64,000 nucleotides of DNA from Babesia bigemina. Taxonomy: Eukaryota. Where the stretch lies: assembly GCF_000981445.1 (NCBI RefSeq), contig NC_027216.1, forward strand, positions 1,612,001 through 1,676,000, in the 5' to 3' direction. The notes under the pieces are model-generated. The model was not told where the DNA came from and searched no databases. It saw nothing but the letters and a program-made list of their open reading frames with translations. Below, piece after piece: positions 1-11,747 of this stretch (within the stretch, counting starts at the first letter, position 1; the number at the start of each line of letters is the position of its first letter). Both the position numbers and the translations under genes were made by a program.

Positions 1-695
1 TTATGTAAATTGATGTCGTATTGTATGAATCACTTTTCGCGCTTTATCGGGATACAGCGATCACATTACGATGATGGCTACTATTATTACGAGCAGGGGA
101 GCTCAAACTACAGCCTTGCGCATATTTCTATGTTTACTACATGGAGTACCACATTTTATGCATTTACTAACGCAATTCCCGTTAGCATATTATTCTAGAC
201 GGATGCACATGCCGCATCCACATTCGTCTCCTTTTGGCTTGTCGCACTTGACTAATTTGCCGTATTTTACCTTCCCGTGGCCTTTGTAATCCCCTCCACT
301 TCTGCCGATGACGTAGCCGTCGCAGGACCCTTGTGCGCATTTGTCACCACACAAAGGACAGCACCGACATCACGCCTTTGCATCGTCATCCACAGCTACA
401 ACGATAGCGTACACGTGACGGCGCCTTTGTACACCTCGTGTTGCATCGTTTACAATTTCTTTTATTACAATGCTTTGGATCGCTCTCATTAAAAATTCAC
501 CTTACAACCGCAACGCTGCCTCGGTTCGCTTTCTTAATTCCCCGGTATCTTCTGCTCTCCCTGCGTCAGCTTCATAACCGCATCATTACCGTTTTATACC
601 GATTTCCCCAAGCAACGCATAGCGTCACTTAACGGTGAATGGAACGTGGGATGTACGTTTAATGCTGTGACGAGGTAGAGGTTTCAGGTGGCCAT
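1..695 (-). pseudogene. Decayed Cys/Lys-rich, single-TM membrane protein gene (possibly ves-related)
   Basis: Hand translation of the minus strand from ATG 695: MAT*NLYLVTALNVHPTFHSPLSDAMRCL...RQRCGCK [shift] HCNKRNCKRCNTRC...RCSCG*RCK [shift] CRCCPLCGDKCAQGSC...KCDKPKGDECGCGMCIRLE*YANGNCVSKCIKCGTPCSK...APLLVIIVAIIVM*SLYPDKARKVIHTIRHQFT*. Several in-frame stops and two apparent frameshifts. Confidence 0.7.
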
Positions 696-882
696 GGCCT
701 TGCACGTGAATTATGGCCTACACTGACGGACATTTTGCGATTACGTGCCGACATACAATTCAATATGACCAGAAAGACAACTCATTGTACGTATGCTGCG
801 TAGACGCCCCAACGGATAACTTCTACATCAGTTCTCCGAAGTCCTGATGTACCATTTCCCAGGCCACATATATGGTGCCACG

Positions 883-1421
883 TTAATAGTAGAACTGTGC
901 CGATTGCAGAAGATAGCGCTTCAAGCGGCTCTTCGCAATGGCCTCCAAATTCCTTTTGATCATCACAATGTTGTGGTAATCCTGCAGACACGTTAGGTCC
1001 GGTAAAGGTGCATACGCGGCAGAGCCGCTGGCCTAGGCCGATCACGCGTTTAACCAAAATACAATAACCATACATAGCTTATTGTGCCTATATCGTACCT
1101 TTGCCAGACCACGAAGCTTATAATATGCGAATATGAGTAAGAACAGAAGTGTAAAAACAAGCGTTGACCTGCGGGTGATATGCTTCTGCCTCTCGGAATT
1201 CATGGAGACCATAAAACTACAACCAACCTTCCACTCTATAACATATATCTACGGAACAAAAGACAACCGTATACCATACAATGCAACGTCATTCAGGTAA
1301 CTCACGATGCGTAGAATACGTTAGGTTCCGTGAACACCCTGGAAAGCAGTATTGTCCAAATATCGTTCACTTTTCTCTGCTTAAAATCTGACCACGTTTT
1401 CGCAACAGCTGCTATCGACAT
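883..1421 (-). CDS. Small 3-exon hypothetical single-TM protein (94 aa)
   Basis: Exons 1421-1306, 1168-1099 and 981-883 join in frame via GT-AG introns: MSIAAVAKTWSDFKQRKVNDIWTILLSRVFTEPNVFYASSTLVFTLLFLLIFAYYKLRGLAKDYHNIVMIKRNLEAIAKSRLKRYLLQSAQFYY*. Absent from the ORF track. Confidence 0.7.
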
Positions 1422-2486
1422 GGTTGGACACTGAAGAAGTAAAATTAAGTGTGCCTCGTCAGGCCAGGGCCTAATCAGGGCGCAACCTCCCAGTCAGCGA
1501 TCAGTACAAATACACGGAAAGAGCCGTATTTTTGCTGGGAAGTCGAGAGTTACAGAATCATCGGTGCGTAAGGCACAACTAATCACGGTGCGAGACGCGC
1601 CATAGTCACGACATCGCGGTGCATTAAAACACAAATACCGCTATAGGCACGTACTCCACGGACCCAAAGACGCTTGGAAAGAGTAGAGTGAATTGAAGTG
1701 AAGCGGGAAAATAGTCGCATACGTGACTCGGTGTGACACACGGTGCTCGACACACATTAACATGTGGTCCCCGGCGCGCGTTGGCTCCTCGCAAAATCCA
1801 CAATCGATTTTCTATAGTCGCGTGTAATAAAAACAGTGCCGACTACTCGGGGATTCCGTTGCGCCATATCACCCGTTGTGTCGTGTTTTGTCTTTCCGTA
1901 AATGGAATCTCCAGTACCGGTGTGACTTCCTCAACTGTCCGGCGTCAAAATACGGAACTCCCGGAGAATTTTAGAATTTAGGCGTTTCCCGTTCGGCTGG
2001 TGATTGCCTTCGGCGCAAAAGGCTTCGGACATGGGTGTGGCAGCACTTTGACCGTGCTTGGGTGGGGCCTGCATTGACTTCAAGCAGTGGCGGGGGATGG
2101 TTATTACCTATAATATTTTACTGTTTTTATTTGGATACGTACGCTTTTTAAAGGAACACCCCTAACGCTACAAGTACAACGCGGAATCCGTCATCTTGTT
2201 CTCTACGCATTTAGGCTGCAAGGTCTCGTCTCTTTATGCCACGCTGAGGATTTGGAGAGCGGGTGAAAACTTGTTTTCCGATCAGTACATCTGGGAATCT
2301 CGTGCCTTGGCGCATGAGATAGTCTAAGCTGTAGGTACCACTGCGAATCGCGATTGCCGCGTTAAGGGCCGTGGCGGATAAGAGCCGCCGTTTCGGGCCC
2401 TGCTGGCGCTCTAGGCCGTTCCATTCGTCACACCGGGGGCGTGCCTACTGCCTGACAACGCAACTAGGGTTCTGAGGTGCTCCACC

Positions 2487-3112
2487 ATGTGCGCGAGTGA
2501 CGCAACGCATGACCCTTCGCTCCGCTGGGCGGACGAACTGGACAACTCGGATTCCGACCTCGACGGCGCCCTTGAGGTTACTGTGAAACCAACGCACCTG
2601 AAGGAGCCGTCGATAAAGGCCCGTCAGTGGAGCGCGCCGGCGCCGGAGCGCCAGCCGAAGGTCGTGGAGTGCCACCGTGCTGACTTCCTCGCCGATGACC
2701 TGGGAGACTCGCGCGACGGCTTCAATCGCAGGATGTCGCGAAATCAGAAAAAGGGTAACGGACGTAAGGACAGATTTGAGAGCGAGTCCCACGAGGATTT
2801 CAGCTGGCGGTGCTCGTCGGGCTCGCTTCGGGGCAGCGGAAGCAACTCGTTTCCCATGAATTCCAAGAGAGATGGTAAGTGGGTATCCCCAAATCGGCGT
2901 TAACTCGTACTAATTTGTGCAAAAGCTGCCTAATTGCGCTGCGGTGGTTGACGTTTTTCGTCGTGTCTCTTAACACGCCGTCACGTGGTGCCTGGATGTC
3001 TAACTTCATGAGGTGGAATGTGCATTCACAGTAAGTTCATTTTGTCGCAGATGACCGCGGTTTCTACAATATGAACCACCGGCGCAAGGAGGAAAACAGC
3101 TCCGCATGGTAG
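2487..3112 (+). CDS. 2-exon hypothetical low-complexity protein with N-terminal WADE motif
   Basis: ORF from 2487 with donor G|gtaagt after 2874 and acceptor cgcag|AT at 3051, giving in-frame DRGFYNMNHRRKEENSSAW* (stop 3110-3112). Coding-like codon usage. Confidence 0.6.
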
Positions 3113-3335
3113 ACGCCTTCGGCATCACTTGGGCACTGCCGGCCACCTGCCGGCCACACATCGCATTTTTCGTCATTCCGCAGTGGATTTTACCCCCGGT
3201 TTGTAAATCTTCTCGAGGAGGCGGAATGTGTCGAAGTCTACGTCGAACGTCGAGTAGAGCATCGCGTCCGCATAGACGCTCATCTGTTTTAATGAGACAT
3301 TGATCACTGCAGCATTTTTTTTCTTTTGCCGGATA

Positions 3336-5547
3336 TCACCCACCATAGGTCACTATGTCGAGCGTGTTGGAGAAGTGCGTCGGCATGGAATACCGGCGTA
3401 CGGTTCCGACAGCTTTCGAAAGCGAGACGCACTGGGCAACGAATTCCTTGGCCACCTGTTGGATGTGGGTGTCGGTGTACCCCAGCATGTTGGCGATGCA
3501 GAGCCAGCTGGCGAGTCCGCGCATGTATACAACGGCGAGGGCGATGGTGTCAGTGGTCTGCGGTGGTGATGAGGTTTCGTGCCATTAGCTAACCTTGTGC
3601 GGCACCTTGGGGCGGAAACCCCAGAATCCGCCCAGCAGGAACTCCAGCCAGCCGCTGCACGCGGTACACGCGTCCGAGTCGCGGTTTAGGTCGATTCGCA
3701 GGTCTTTGGTGTTCTCGTGCTTGCTGGTCAATGCAACTATATGGCCCTCCGCCTCCACGAGGCACTCCATGAATGATTCGACGTAAGACGAAAACAGTCG
3801 CCCGCTCGACTCGATGAGCATGCGGAATACCACTGCGTCCACCTGGTAGCGTCGGCGCTTCACCTCAATCCCGCTTGCGGAGGCCTGCGGAATGCCTACG
3901 AAGGGCACCATGGGGCATCGTCGCGGATCGTCTGGGAAGGACACGTGCATGGCGTTGCCGTTCGACTCGTATTTGTTTCTCACGCCGTCTAGAGTCATGC
4001 TGACTCCACGAGAGTAATTCAAGAATGCGCGCGCCAGCACAAGCTCGTCGTTGTAGCTCATTGAGCCGTGCGATGGGAACTCCTCCACTCCGTTTGCGAT
4101 AATCTGGTCCTGCGGGCTTTTACACGCCGGTTAGGGACATTGACGGCGCAAACGCCGAATACGGGTATTACAAAACGCTCATCGAACACTCAAGATCGGC
4201 GGGGATCCAAGGGCATCGGTGGCCGAGAGTTTCGTCTGCATTTTTTTTACCAGACTTCGACCTGGCGGCGGCGGTATCCCGGCCCCCAAATAACCCGTAT
4301 GGACATGCCCAAAATGGCAAATAGTAGTTACACACCTTAATATGTGTATCCCGATTTCCCACCAGCACGAACACGATAGCACGACTACATGAATTGGGGG
4401 CGCCGCCGTGCGGGCGCCCCCCTATGTGCGCATGAAGCACAACCAACCATGTGGGAGAGCTGTCGGTTCAGGTACTCGTAGAACGCGTCGGTCAGTGCGA
4501 TCGTCCACGTCGCCGCGGAAAGAATGCAGACGCATTCCACCCTGATGGCTGTGTCCATTAACATCCGCGAACTCACCCATAAAAGTTACCGGTGTACGCC
4601 CTGATGCCGGGAAATACGGTCATAGCTGTATCCAACACACCGGAGATGTTCCAGTCCGGCGTCGGAGCTAAGTGCGCATATTCCCAGACGGTAGCGCACA
4701 CCCGTGCGACGATGCCGATCACGACGGCGACCGCGTACGACGCTGCCACATGGAATATGCTGAGCGTGACGAACGTCCGAATGTGTGGAGCCGCTATGCA
4801 TTCCTTGTCCAGCGACCGCATCACATCCAGCCGTTGCCGGCGGACCCGCAGCTGGTAGAGCACCCTGGCGACGATGGCAACGCATCAGCATGAACTTACG
4901 CGACGCATACTACAGTTACCAGGTACAGCCCGGAGATGTAGACTCGGAAAACAACGTTCGCGATCACGGCGATGCACAAGATGGTGATTACGACGTTCAG
5001 CAACCCGAGGACCTCGGTGTAAACGCCAGTTTTAGTGGATGCTGCATATCCATTAGAAGCGCTTATTAAGAGCACGAATTTGCCGCACTACGCGTAGTAT
5101 CAACGCTTAAAACTAGGCAGATCAACAATATTCGAGATTTATGCACAGAACGATTGTTATCCGTGGATCCACCCATACACAGACTCGAGCGTTAACACAA
5201 ACGCACACCGACCGTTACATCACCCGTTATATAGCAACTTCAAAGCGTACGTACCTCTGAAAGACGCCTGGCGCGCCATGAACATGGCGAGCAGCGCCAA
5301 ATACGACGACAACGCTGCAGCGCATGGTCGGTATATGGCCAGCAACCCCGACTCTGAAAAGGTTGCAAACGGATTCCTCCAAAATACCTGTGTATACGCT
5401 CGAGTAGAAGGCTTTCGAGGCGTAGGTGACGCAGAGCTTGGCCAGGATGACCGACAGGACGAGCGCCGTGTGGTATTTAAGAAGGTTCGTTATGGAGCGC
5501 AGCGAGGATCTCCATCTCAGCTCCTGCCAGCGTATCGCGATACCCAT
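3336..5547 (-). CDS. Multi-exon hypothetical multi-pass membrane protein (internal exon structure partly unresolved; could be two genes)
   Basis: In-frame joins of hydrophobic exons from ATG 5547 (MGIAIRWQ...ALVLSVILAKLCV / SGLLAIY...YLALLAMFMA / GLLNVVITILCIAVIANVVF / FVTLSIFHVAASYAVAVVIGIVA). The 3585-4110 exon is preceded by a cag acceptor and splices to a last exon ending at 3336. The join across 4170-4450 is ambiguous. Confidence 0.55.
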
Positions 5548-5649
5548 GTCGTCGTAAGACAGCGATGGAATTGCGGTGTGCGCGCATACGCCAGCCTCGC
5601 GTGCCTTCCACACTGGGGTGGCCGCGGCTACGGATTAGCGCCCCAAAGG

Positions 5650-6783
5650 CTAATTAAACACCAGTTTACAAATGTATAGTGGCCCGCAGGGTGATGTGTC
5701 AGGCATGAAGGCGCATCCATACTTGCGCGTTTCACTTGTCGGCAGGGCGCTCGGCAGCTCCGTCTCCCAGGCGAGCGACGTGCGAAGCTGATCCGTCAAC
5801 GACTGCGCGTCTATAGGCTCGCTACGCAGTTCCGGTATGGAAGCCAGCACGGTGTGTACGATCAGTTCGTTCTCCATGGGATCCAGCGAATGGCTGCAGT
5901 AGACAATGGTGCCCCCGGGCTTCAGTAGCTTGGCAGCGCAGTTCAAGGCGCCGAGCGCCCTCGCCGAGCTGGCCTTAAGGCCTCGCTTGCTCCAGGTGTT
6001 GGGGTCGGCGGTGTCCGCCGACTGCGGCACTCGCACGAAGATGCGATCGAACAACCCGTACCGCCTTATTTTCTGGTGATCGGCGTGGTGGTGTACTGTC
6101 TGGACGCTCGCCGCGTCCAACAGCCGCTTCGGCAAATACTTTTTCAAAATGTCCTCCGTTGTCTGGTGAACGCTTCGCCGGGTCTCCCCGCACACCAGCA
6201 GCGATGTCTCGGCATAGCGCTGCTTGGCCTCCCTCGCCTGGTTAATGAGCTCCACCATCTCGAGCGTGCTGCGTCCTTCTCCAGAGATACCCGTGTGCGA
6301 TTCGCCCTGGCTGAACATAAGGGACGCAAAGATGAGGCTGTGGCCTCCGCCGTGTGCGAACATGTCAAACACCCTGTCGCCAGGCGCCACTCCGAGGCAG
6401 TGGCACGCGAAGCAGAGCCCGACGTCCATGTAATAAACACAGTCTTCCGCCTTGACTACGAAGTTATTTGCGTTGAAGATCGCCTTCTTGGCGTACAGAG
6501 TCAACTCCGAGGGGCTGGGGTCGGACTTCGTCCTGCTGTCGAAAGTCCGCTGTTCGTAGCAGAAGGGGAGGACGGTCCTACGGTAGTAGCTGCTTCCCTG
6601 CAGGTCTTCCACCGAAACCTCCGGGGCGCTGCACTGATCAAGCTCCGATTGGTCGGGTATCTGCTCGAAGAAGGGCGGAATCACGGCAACGGCCGTCGGC
6701 GCGCGCCGAAGGCACCGCGACAGCGCTGCCCAGCGCTTGCCGTAGAGGTCGGCGTAGTGGCTGTCGAAGGCCGAGGTATACAT
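5650..6783 (-). CDS. NOL1/NOP2/Sun-family (NSUN3/NSUN4-like) RNA m5C methyltransferase homolog, degenerate active site
   Basis: FDSHYADLYGKRW N-terminus, YYMD...LGVAPGDRVFDM, FDRIFVRVPQS and LKPGGTIVYCSHSLDPMENE match the family layout. First ATG is at 6783 (377 aa). Confidence 0.8.
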   Translation of the reverse strand: MYTSAFDSHYADLYGKRWAALSRCLRRAPTAVAVIPPFFEQIPDQSELDQCSAPEVSVEDLQGSSYYRRTVLPFCYEQRTFDSRTKSDPSPSELTLYAKKAIFNANNFVVKAEDCVYYMDVGLCFACHCLGVAPGDRVFDMFAHGGGHSLIFASLMFSQGESHTGISGEGRSTLEMVELINQAREAKQRYAETSLLVCGETRRSVHQTTEDILKKYLPKRLLDAASVQTVHHHADHQKIRRYGLFDRIFVRVPQSADTADPNTWSKRGLKASSARALGALNCAAKLLKPGGTIVYCSHSLDPMENELIVHTVLASIPELRSEPIDAQSLTDQLRTSLAWETELPSALPTSETRKYGCAFMPDTSPCGPLYICKLVFN

Positions 6784-7027
6784 CGTTGCCACACTTGATT
6801 TAGTTTGCCTCGGAAACAACTATTTGCTGGCGCGAAAAGTGGAAGATAGACCACGTCACTGATACTATTAACTGCTCAGCGCTCTCCACCCGGCGGCGCG
6901 GTCACGTTGGGGCCAGACAATCCACATCGTCGCAGCACATTTTTTGATTGCCTAAGATGGCATGTGTAACCTATGTAATGTGACGTCCGTTATCCTCGGC
7001 CGCCTGTAGGACGAGCGTGCCGCCGCA

Positions 7028-8578
7028 ATGTCGGAGCAGCAGCCCGGGTGCCCGGAGGGCGCCCCTTCATCGCATATCGCAAGCCCCGAGGCGGCAGATG
7101 AGCGCCACAATGTAACGACGGTGTCGCTGGGCGAACTATCGGCCTTCAGCCGCTATAACGCCGCCCACCGACCTTTGCGGCGGAATCGGGGAAACAACCA
7201 ACAGCAAACGGATCCAACACTGGCACCTGGCGATGCAGCAGGTGATTGTGAACCGCATTCGCCTGAAAATGATGAAAAATCTGCAACTTCGGCAACCGCT
7301 GGGGACGAATATCAGCCAGGCTCCCAGGCTGCCTCTGCAGACGGTACCTTCGCAAACACGATACTGGACCCAAACGTCGACATCGCATCCGTCGCTGCTA
7401 GCAGTTACACCAGTGGCGCGGAAGCTCTGTCGGTGCATAAATCGGCCCTGCCCGTTCGCGCCAAGGATACGCTGAAGCGTACGGCGGCATGCCGCCAGGA
7501 CTGGCGTGCCAATGCGGTTTCGACTGTCGTGAAAGACCCCATCGTGCCTTACCAGGACGTGCTGGAGCGGATCAGGGCCAACTACAAGCTGAAAGAGCTG
7601 AAGGAGGAGGACTACGTCGGCTGCCTGGAGACGATCATCGAGCGCGACTACTTTCCCGACGTCGTGAAACTTCGCATGACGAACGTGCTGCTGGAAGCAG
7701 AGGCCAGGGGCGACACCGCCACGGCCGCAGTTGTCAGGAAGAGGCTGGAAGAACACGAAAGCGGCCAGGAAATGAACGTCAACCTCAAAACGCTCGGCAA
7801 CGAAAGCGTCTCCATCAACATCGGCAAGGGCGGGCTGAAACTCGACCAGTTCAGCCGCATCTTCACCTCCGAGGACAACCGGAGCTTCGGCAGGCTGATG
7901 GAGCAAACCATCATCCGCAACAACGCCCGGAGCCGTTGGATGGAGGAGGGCGAAAAGAAACACAACCTGGCCCTTGCCGACACCCAGCAGAAAACCAACC
8001 TCGGCATCCCGGACTCTAACGTGCTCTCCAACAGGGCCGTCAGCCGCAACGCGCTGTTCTTCAACCAGAGCGAAGGCAGGACCGCCGAGAAGTCGCAAGC
8101 TCCGCTCATCCGCAGCGCCAACACCTACATGCCGCCCGACTACGAGGTGCGCCTGGCCGAGCTCGATTCGAAGCAGAAGGCCCGGCGCCTGGAGAAGGTG
8201 AAGGACACCTATCACGGAAAGGTGAACGACCTCATCACGCAGTTCGGCTTCCGTGAGTGCAAGGAGCTGGTGGACCACGAGCAGATGTCCAAGTTCAATT
8301 TCGTGCACACGCCGCTCACCGCGCCGGGCGACCCGCATGAATACGCGGTGCCCAAGCCCATTCCGCGGGAGGAACTCGCCGAGCAACTGCGCAAAAAGTA
8401 CAACTCGACATCGGCCCGGACCCCGATGTCCAAGACGCCAAGCTGCCGTACCCCGCTGCTTGTGCAGCGTCTCATCGAGAAACACAACCGCGGCGCCGAC
8501 ATGCAGTTGCGGGAGTCGTACAGCAGCTCCAAGCGCTCCAGGGGTTCCGTGCGCAGCAGCGTCTTCCTAAAGAACTAG
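7028..8578 (+). CDS. ESS2: Splicing factor ESS2/DGCR14 (Es2) homolog
   Basis: 516-aa single-exon ORF; LKEEDYVGCLETIIERDYFPD and LDQFSRIFTSEDNRSF match conserved Es2 blocks; D.QLR.SY near the C-terminus. Confidence 0.85.
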   Translation: MSEQQPGCPEGAPSSHIASPEAADERHNVTTVSLGELSAFSRYNAAHRPLRRNRGNNQQQTDPTLAPGDAAGDCEPHSPENDEKSATSATAGDEYQPGSQAASADGTFANTILDPNVDIASVAASSYTSGAEALSVHKSALPVRAKDTLKRTAACRQDWRANAVSTVVKDPIVPYQDVLERIRANYKLKELKEEDYVGCLETIIERDYFPDVVKLRMTNVLLEAEARGDTATAAVVRKRLEEHESGQEMNVNLKTLGNESVSINIGKGGLKLDQFSRIFTSEDNRSFGRLMEQTIIRNNARSRWMEEGEKKHNLALADTQQKTNLGIPDSNVLSNRAVSRNALFFNQSEGRTAEKSQAPLIRSANTYMPPDYEVRLAELDSKQKARRLEKVKDTYHGKVNDLITQFGFRECKELVDHEQMSKFNFVHTPLTAPGDPHEYAVPKPIPREELAEQLRKKYNSTSARTPMSKTPSCRTPLLVQRLIEKHNRGADMQLRESYSSSKRSRGSVRSSVFLKN

Positions 8579-8835
8579 TGCCGTCGCCCAGCTCTCGGCG
8601 GAATGCACCGTTTCGTACACTTTTCGTACGTCACACGTACATATTAATGCGTCTACAATTCTATTGAGTCGCCCGTGGCGTGCTTAAGACAATTGTTACC
8701 CTCTTTTTGCTGCAAGTGACAGTTTAGAATTGAAAACATCTGCGTTTTGGAGTGCGCCGGCGCAACGCGCGTCGACTGGGATCGACACACAAGCACGTGC
8801 AGTTCCTAATATACACGGCACTGTGCTTGCACAGG

Positions 8836-9984
8836 TCACTTGATGACCTGCCTCTGGAAGGCGCGCGCCCCTTCCTCCTCGTAATCCGCCTTCGTGACCC
8901 AGAGCTCCTTGTACGTGTTGCGGACTTCAGGTGCGCCCAGGAAGCAGGCGCCCTTCCAGCTGAGCAAGTGCTGGTCGCGTGAAGTGTAAACGGCGATGCA
9001 CTGCCTGGTTCCCGGCTGTGCCATGTTCTGCAGCTCGAACTTGAGGCGCTCGTGCAGATTCTCGAACTGCGAGCTGGCGCCACACAGGTATATATTCTCC
9101 ATGAGCAGCCTGCGCTGTGTCAATCCCGAGTTCTGGATCGACTCCCAGACCAGGTTGGCGAGGCCCACGTGGTTCAATCCCATAATCTTGGGGTTGAAGA
9201 GCGCTTCACAGACGTAGAAGCGCTCGACAGAGATGTTTATAGTGTTCGTTTCGCCATCCCTGAGCGTCTGTCCGTCGGGGAGCACGTATTCCTGTTCTAG
9301 TTCAGCCACCTTGTTTTCGTCCGTGCGGGGGTCGAGGGAGCAGAAGCACAGCTGCTCCTTCATCCTGCGGCAGGTGGCGAAGTCCTCCCTGGAGGTCATG
9401 GGGTACCCCAACTCGCACAGGAGCCGCTGCATGTACATGGTCAGCTCCATGCCGCCGAAGTCCTCGCGGCGGATCGCGCTCTTCTGGAGGTGGCCCTCCT
9501 CCATGGGGACCACCTGCACCATCCCGTCGCCGATGTCCACCACTATACCCGACGTCTTGCCGGCACCGTACATCGCCAGCAGCCCGGATATCGACATGTG
9601 TATATCGTCCACGCCCAGCTGCTCCAGGAAAATTTCCCCCGTCTTCTGGTGGTGTTCTGGCGAGCAGAGAACGGGCTCCGTCAGCAGCACGGAGTTCCCC
9701 TGTGACGTCATTCCCAGGGCGTCAAACGTGTGTTTCCACAGCCCGATTGCCGCATCGTAATCGTAAATGTGCCCGTGGTCCACTATCGGCGTGATGGACA
9801 TGTAGCCCATCTGCTTCATGCAATCGTTGCCGTACAGTCGCTCGTCGGGCAGTTCATTCTTGTACTTCTTCTTCACCTCTCCATACACGCTTTGCTCATG
9901 CACCTGAGGCTCGCTCTGGTCGCTGAGTCCCGCTTTCAGGTACAGCGACCCAGTGTCAATGATAACGCACGGAAGTGTCGACAT
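8836..9984 (-). CDS. Actin-like protein (probably apicomplexan ALP1)
   Basis: VIIDTGSLYLKAG, VLLTEP, GIVVDIGDG, YVLPDG, EALFNP and WVTKADYEEEG actin-fold motifs, but diverged from conventional actin. ATG 9984 (382 aa). Confidence 0.85.
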   Translation of the reverse strand: MSTLPCVIIDTGSLYLKAGLSDQSEPQVHEQSVYGEVKKKYKNELPDERLYGNDCMKQMGYMSITPIVDHGHIYDYDAAIGLWKHTFDALGMTSQGNSVLLTEPVLCSPEHHQKTGEIFLEQLGVDDIHMSISGLLAMYGAGKTSGIVVDIGDGMVQVVPMEEGHLQKSAIRREDFGGMELTMYMQRLLCELGYPMTSREDFATCRRMKEQLCFCSLDPRTDENKVAELEQEYVLPDGQTLRDGETNTINISVERFYVCEALFNPKIMGLNHVGLANLVWESIQNSGLTQRRLLMENIYLCGASSQFENLHERLKFELQNMAQPGTRQCIAVYTSRDQHLLSWKGACFLGAPEVRNTYKELWVTKADYEEEGARAFQRQVIK

Positions 9985-10967
9985 CCTTGCGAGTTTATCT
10001 TCTGCCGCGCCCTCCCGATGAATATCTGCGTTAAATGATCCAGCTGATCTCACATTAACTATATATAACGCCTTAGGACGTTGAGATCGCTACGCTAACA
10101 CTCTTGAAAGATGTATAACATGACAACGGGTACCGACCCAGCAGTAATGGTCCAGTACATTTAGGATAACTGAGACTGTTCACAACGCCGAAACCGCTTA
10201 AAACCCAGCCAACCATCTCGGAATTAACAACGCAACTATCGGATTCGCCAACCGAACGATGGAAGGCGCATAAACCGAAGGAAGAGCTGAGACTTATACA
10301 GTCACAAACTGTCACACAATTTGACCGCATATACCGCATATACTCACGAACCACTTCAAAGATAATTTCGACGTACCTGCTGTAAAATATGAGGGTCTAC
10401 GACGGTCCGGGGGAAGCTCCTAACACAGAAGGTTACATACAGGAACGATCATCGTCCGTGACCGCATCCCTCGACGACAGAAAGTGCCACAACGCCACAT
10501 AAAATAGCGCCATGTGACACTGCGTCAACATTCACTGTGATTGACCGCGCCATCGGCGACGTTGCCTCTGCTGTGTGGCGTCGTGCGTCAAGTAATCCGC
10601 TGCTCGCACGAAACCTCAGAAGAATGAAAAAACGCAGATCGCACGACCGTAGTCGTTGAAATACAGCAAAATAAGCCACGTTACTGCGACATGTGCCTGT
10701 TTTAGGGTGTGTCGGTAAAATCAACAACTCCTTTGATAGTCTAATTAAGCAGCGGCAACGGCGTTTACGAGCAGTCTATCGCAGCGGCATGGGCGAATGT
10801 GTTGAACGTGATATCTAACGTGGCATTATGGCGCAGCAGTACGAACCAGTCGTCCACGCCGGGCAGTGAGTTCGACCACTGCTTTTAGCAACGGACTGGA
10901 ACTCTGCTTTCGGAAACGCATTATCCCTAGTAGACACACCGTGTTTGCGGTACATCGGTGACCGAGG

Positions 10968-11747
10968 ATGAGGTACTTGGGGCGCTACAGGCTGATTGTG
11001 CCCGCTGCGGTGGCTAAGCCGTCCCCGTCCATCGGCCAGGCGTTGGGTCCCCTGGGAATCAACATGACGGACTTTTGCAAAAAATTTAACGAGCGCACCC
11101 AAGCGATACGGTCGAACGTCCCGATTCAGGTCTTAATATATACCATATCGAACTCCACCTACAAGTTCTCCCTCAGGACACCGGGGTCGCAGTGGTTCCT
11201 GCGCAGAATCGCAAGGGTCCCCATGGGGTCCCCGAAGCCCAAGCATGAGATTGTTGGTAATGTCACGCTCAAAGAGGTATGTTGGTCACTGAGTCAGTGG
11301 CAACTAGCGTTCGTGGATGCCTGTACAGTGCCAACTCGTCAGCACATTACCTGGCGCAGCAGGCAAATGTGATTGTGTTCGTCAACATGCCATACGCCAT
11401 CTCCTACGATGCATTTCGTGATTCTACTTGGAATCAGTTCACCAATTCCACTGCATGTGAGCTGTGCAATGCCGCCTGAATTTTGACTGGTGTGTTACGC
11501 CATCCTAATCATACTTCAGGTGTACCACATCGCGAAGTGCAAAAGCATGGACCCTCCCCTCATCGGAGTGCCGCTGTACGTCATATGCAAGCGCATCATC
11601 GGCACGGCGAACGCCATGGGGATCGCTGTCACCAGGGAGCTGTTGCCCGAGTTCCGCAAGCGTGATTACACCAAGGTGTCGCAGCTCGACCAGATGAGGA
11701 AGGACATTAGGGCGCAAAAGCGTTCCCAGAAGCGTGGAAAGAGGTGA
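10968..11747 (+). CDS. uL11m: Organellar (mitochondrial-type) ribosomal protein L11, 2 exons
   Basis: AKPSPSIGQALGPLGINMTDFCKKFNERT and VYHIAKCK...IIGTANAMGI motifs; exons 10968-11276 and 11520-11747 join in frame. Confidence 0.92.

Noticed and set aside
7136..8485. 449-aa antisense ORF over ESS2 (likewise 33106-34221, 33888-35144, 27081-27899, 21739-22530, 6076-6798)
   Set aside because: Shadow ORFs expected from GC-rich third codon positions of the real gene on the opposite strand; no recognisable motifs.
11277..11519. Relatively long 243-nt intron in uL11m as a snoRNA host
   Set aside because: No convincing C/D box pair with terminal stem or H/ACA layout visible by eye.
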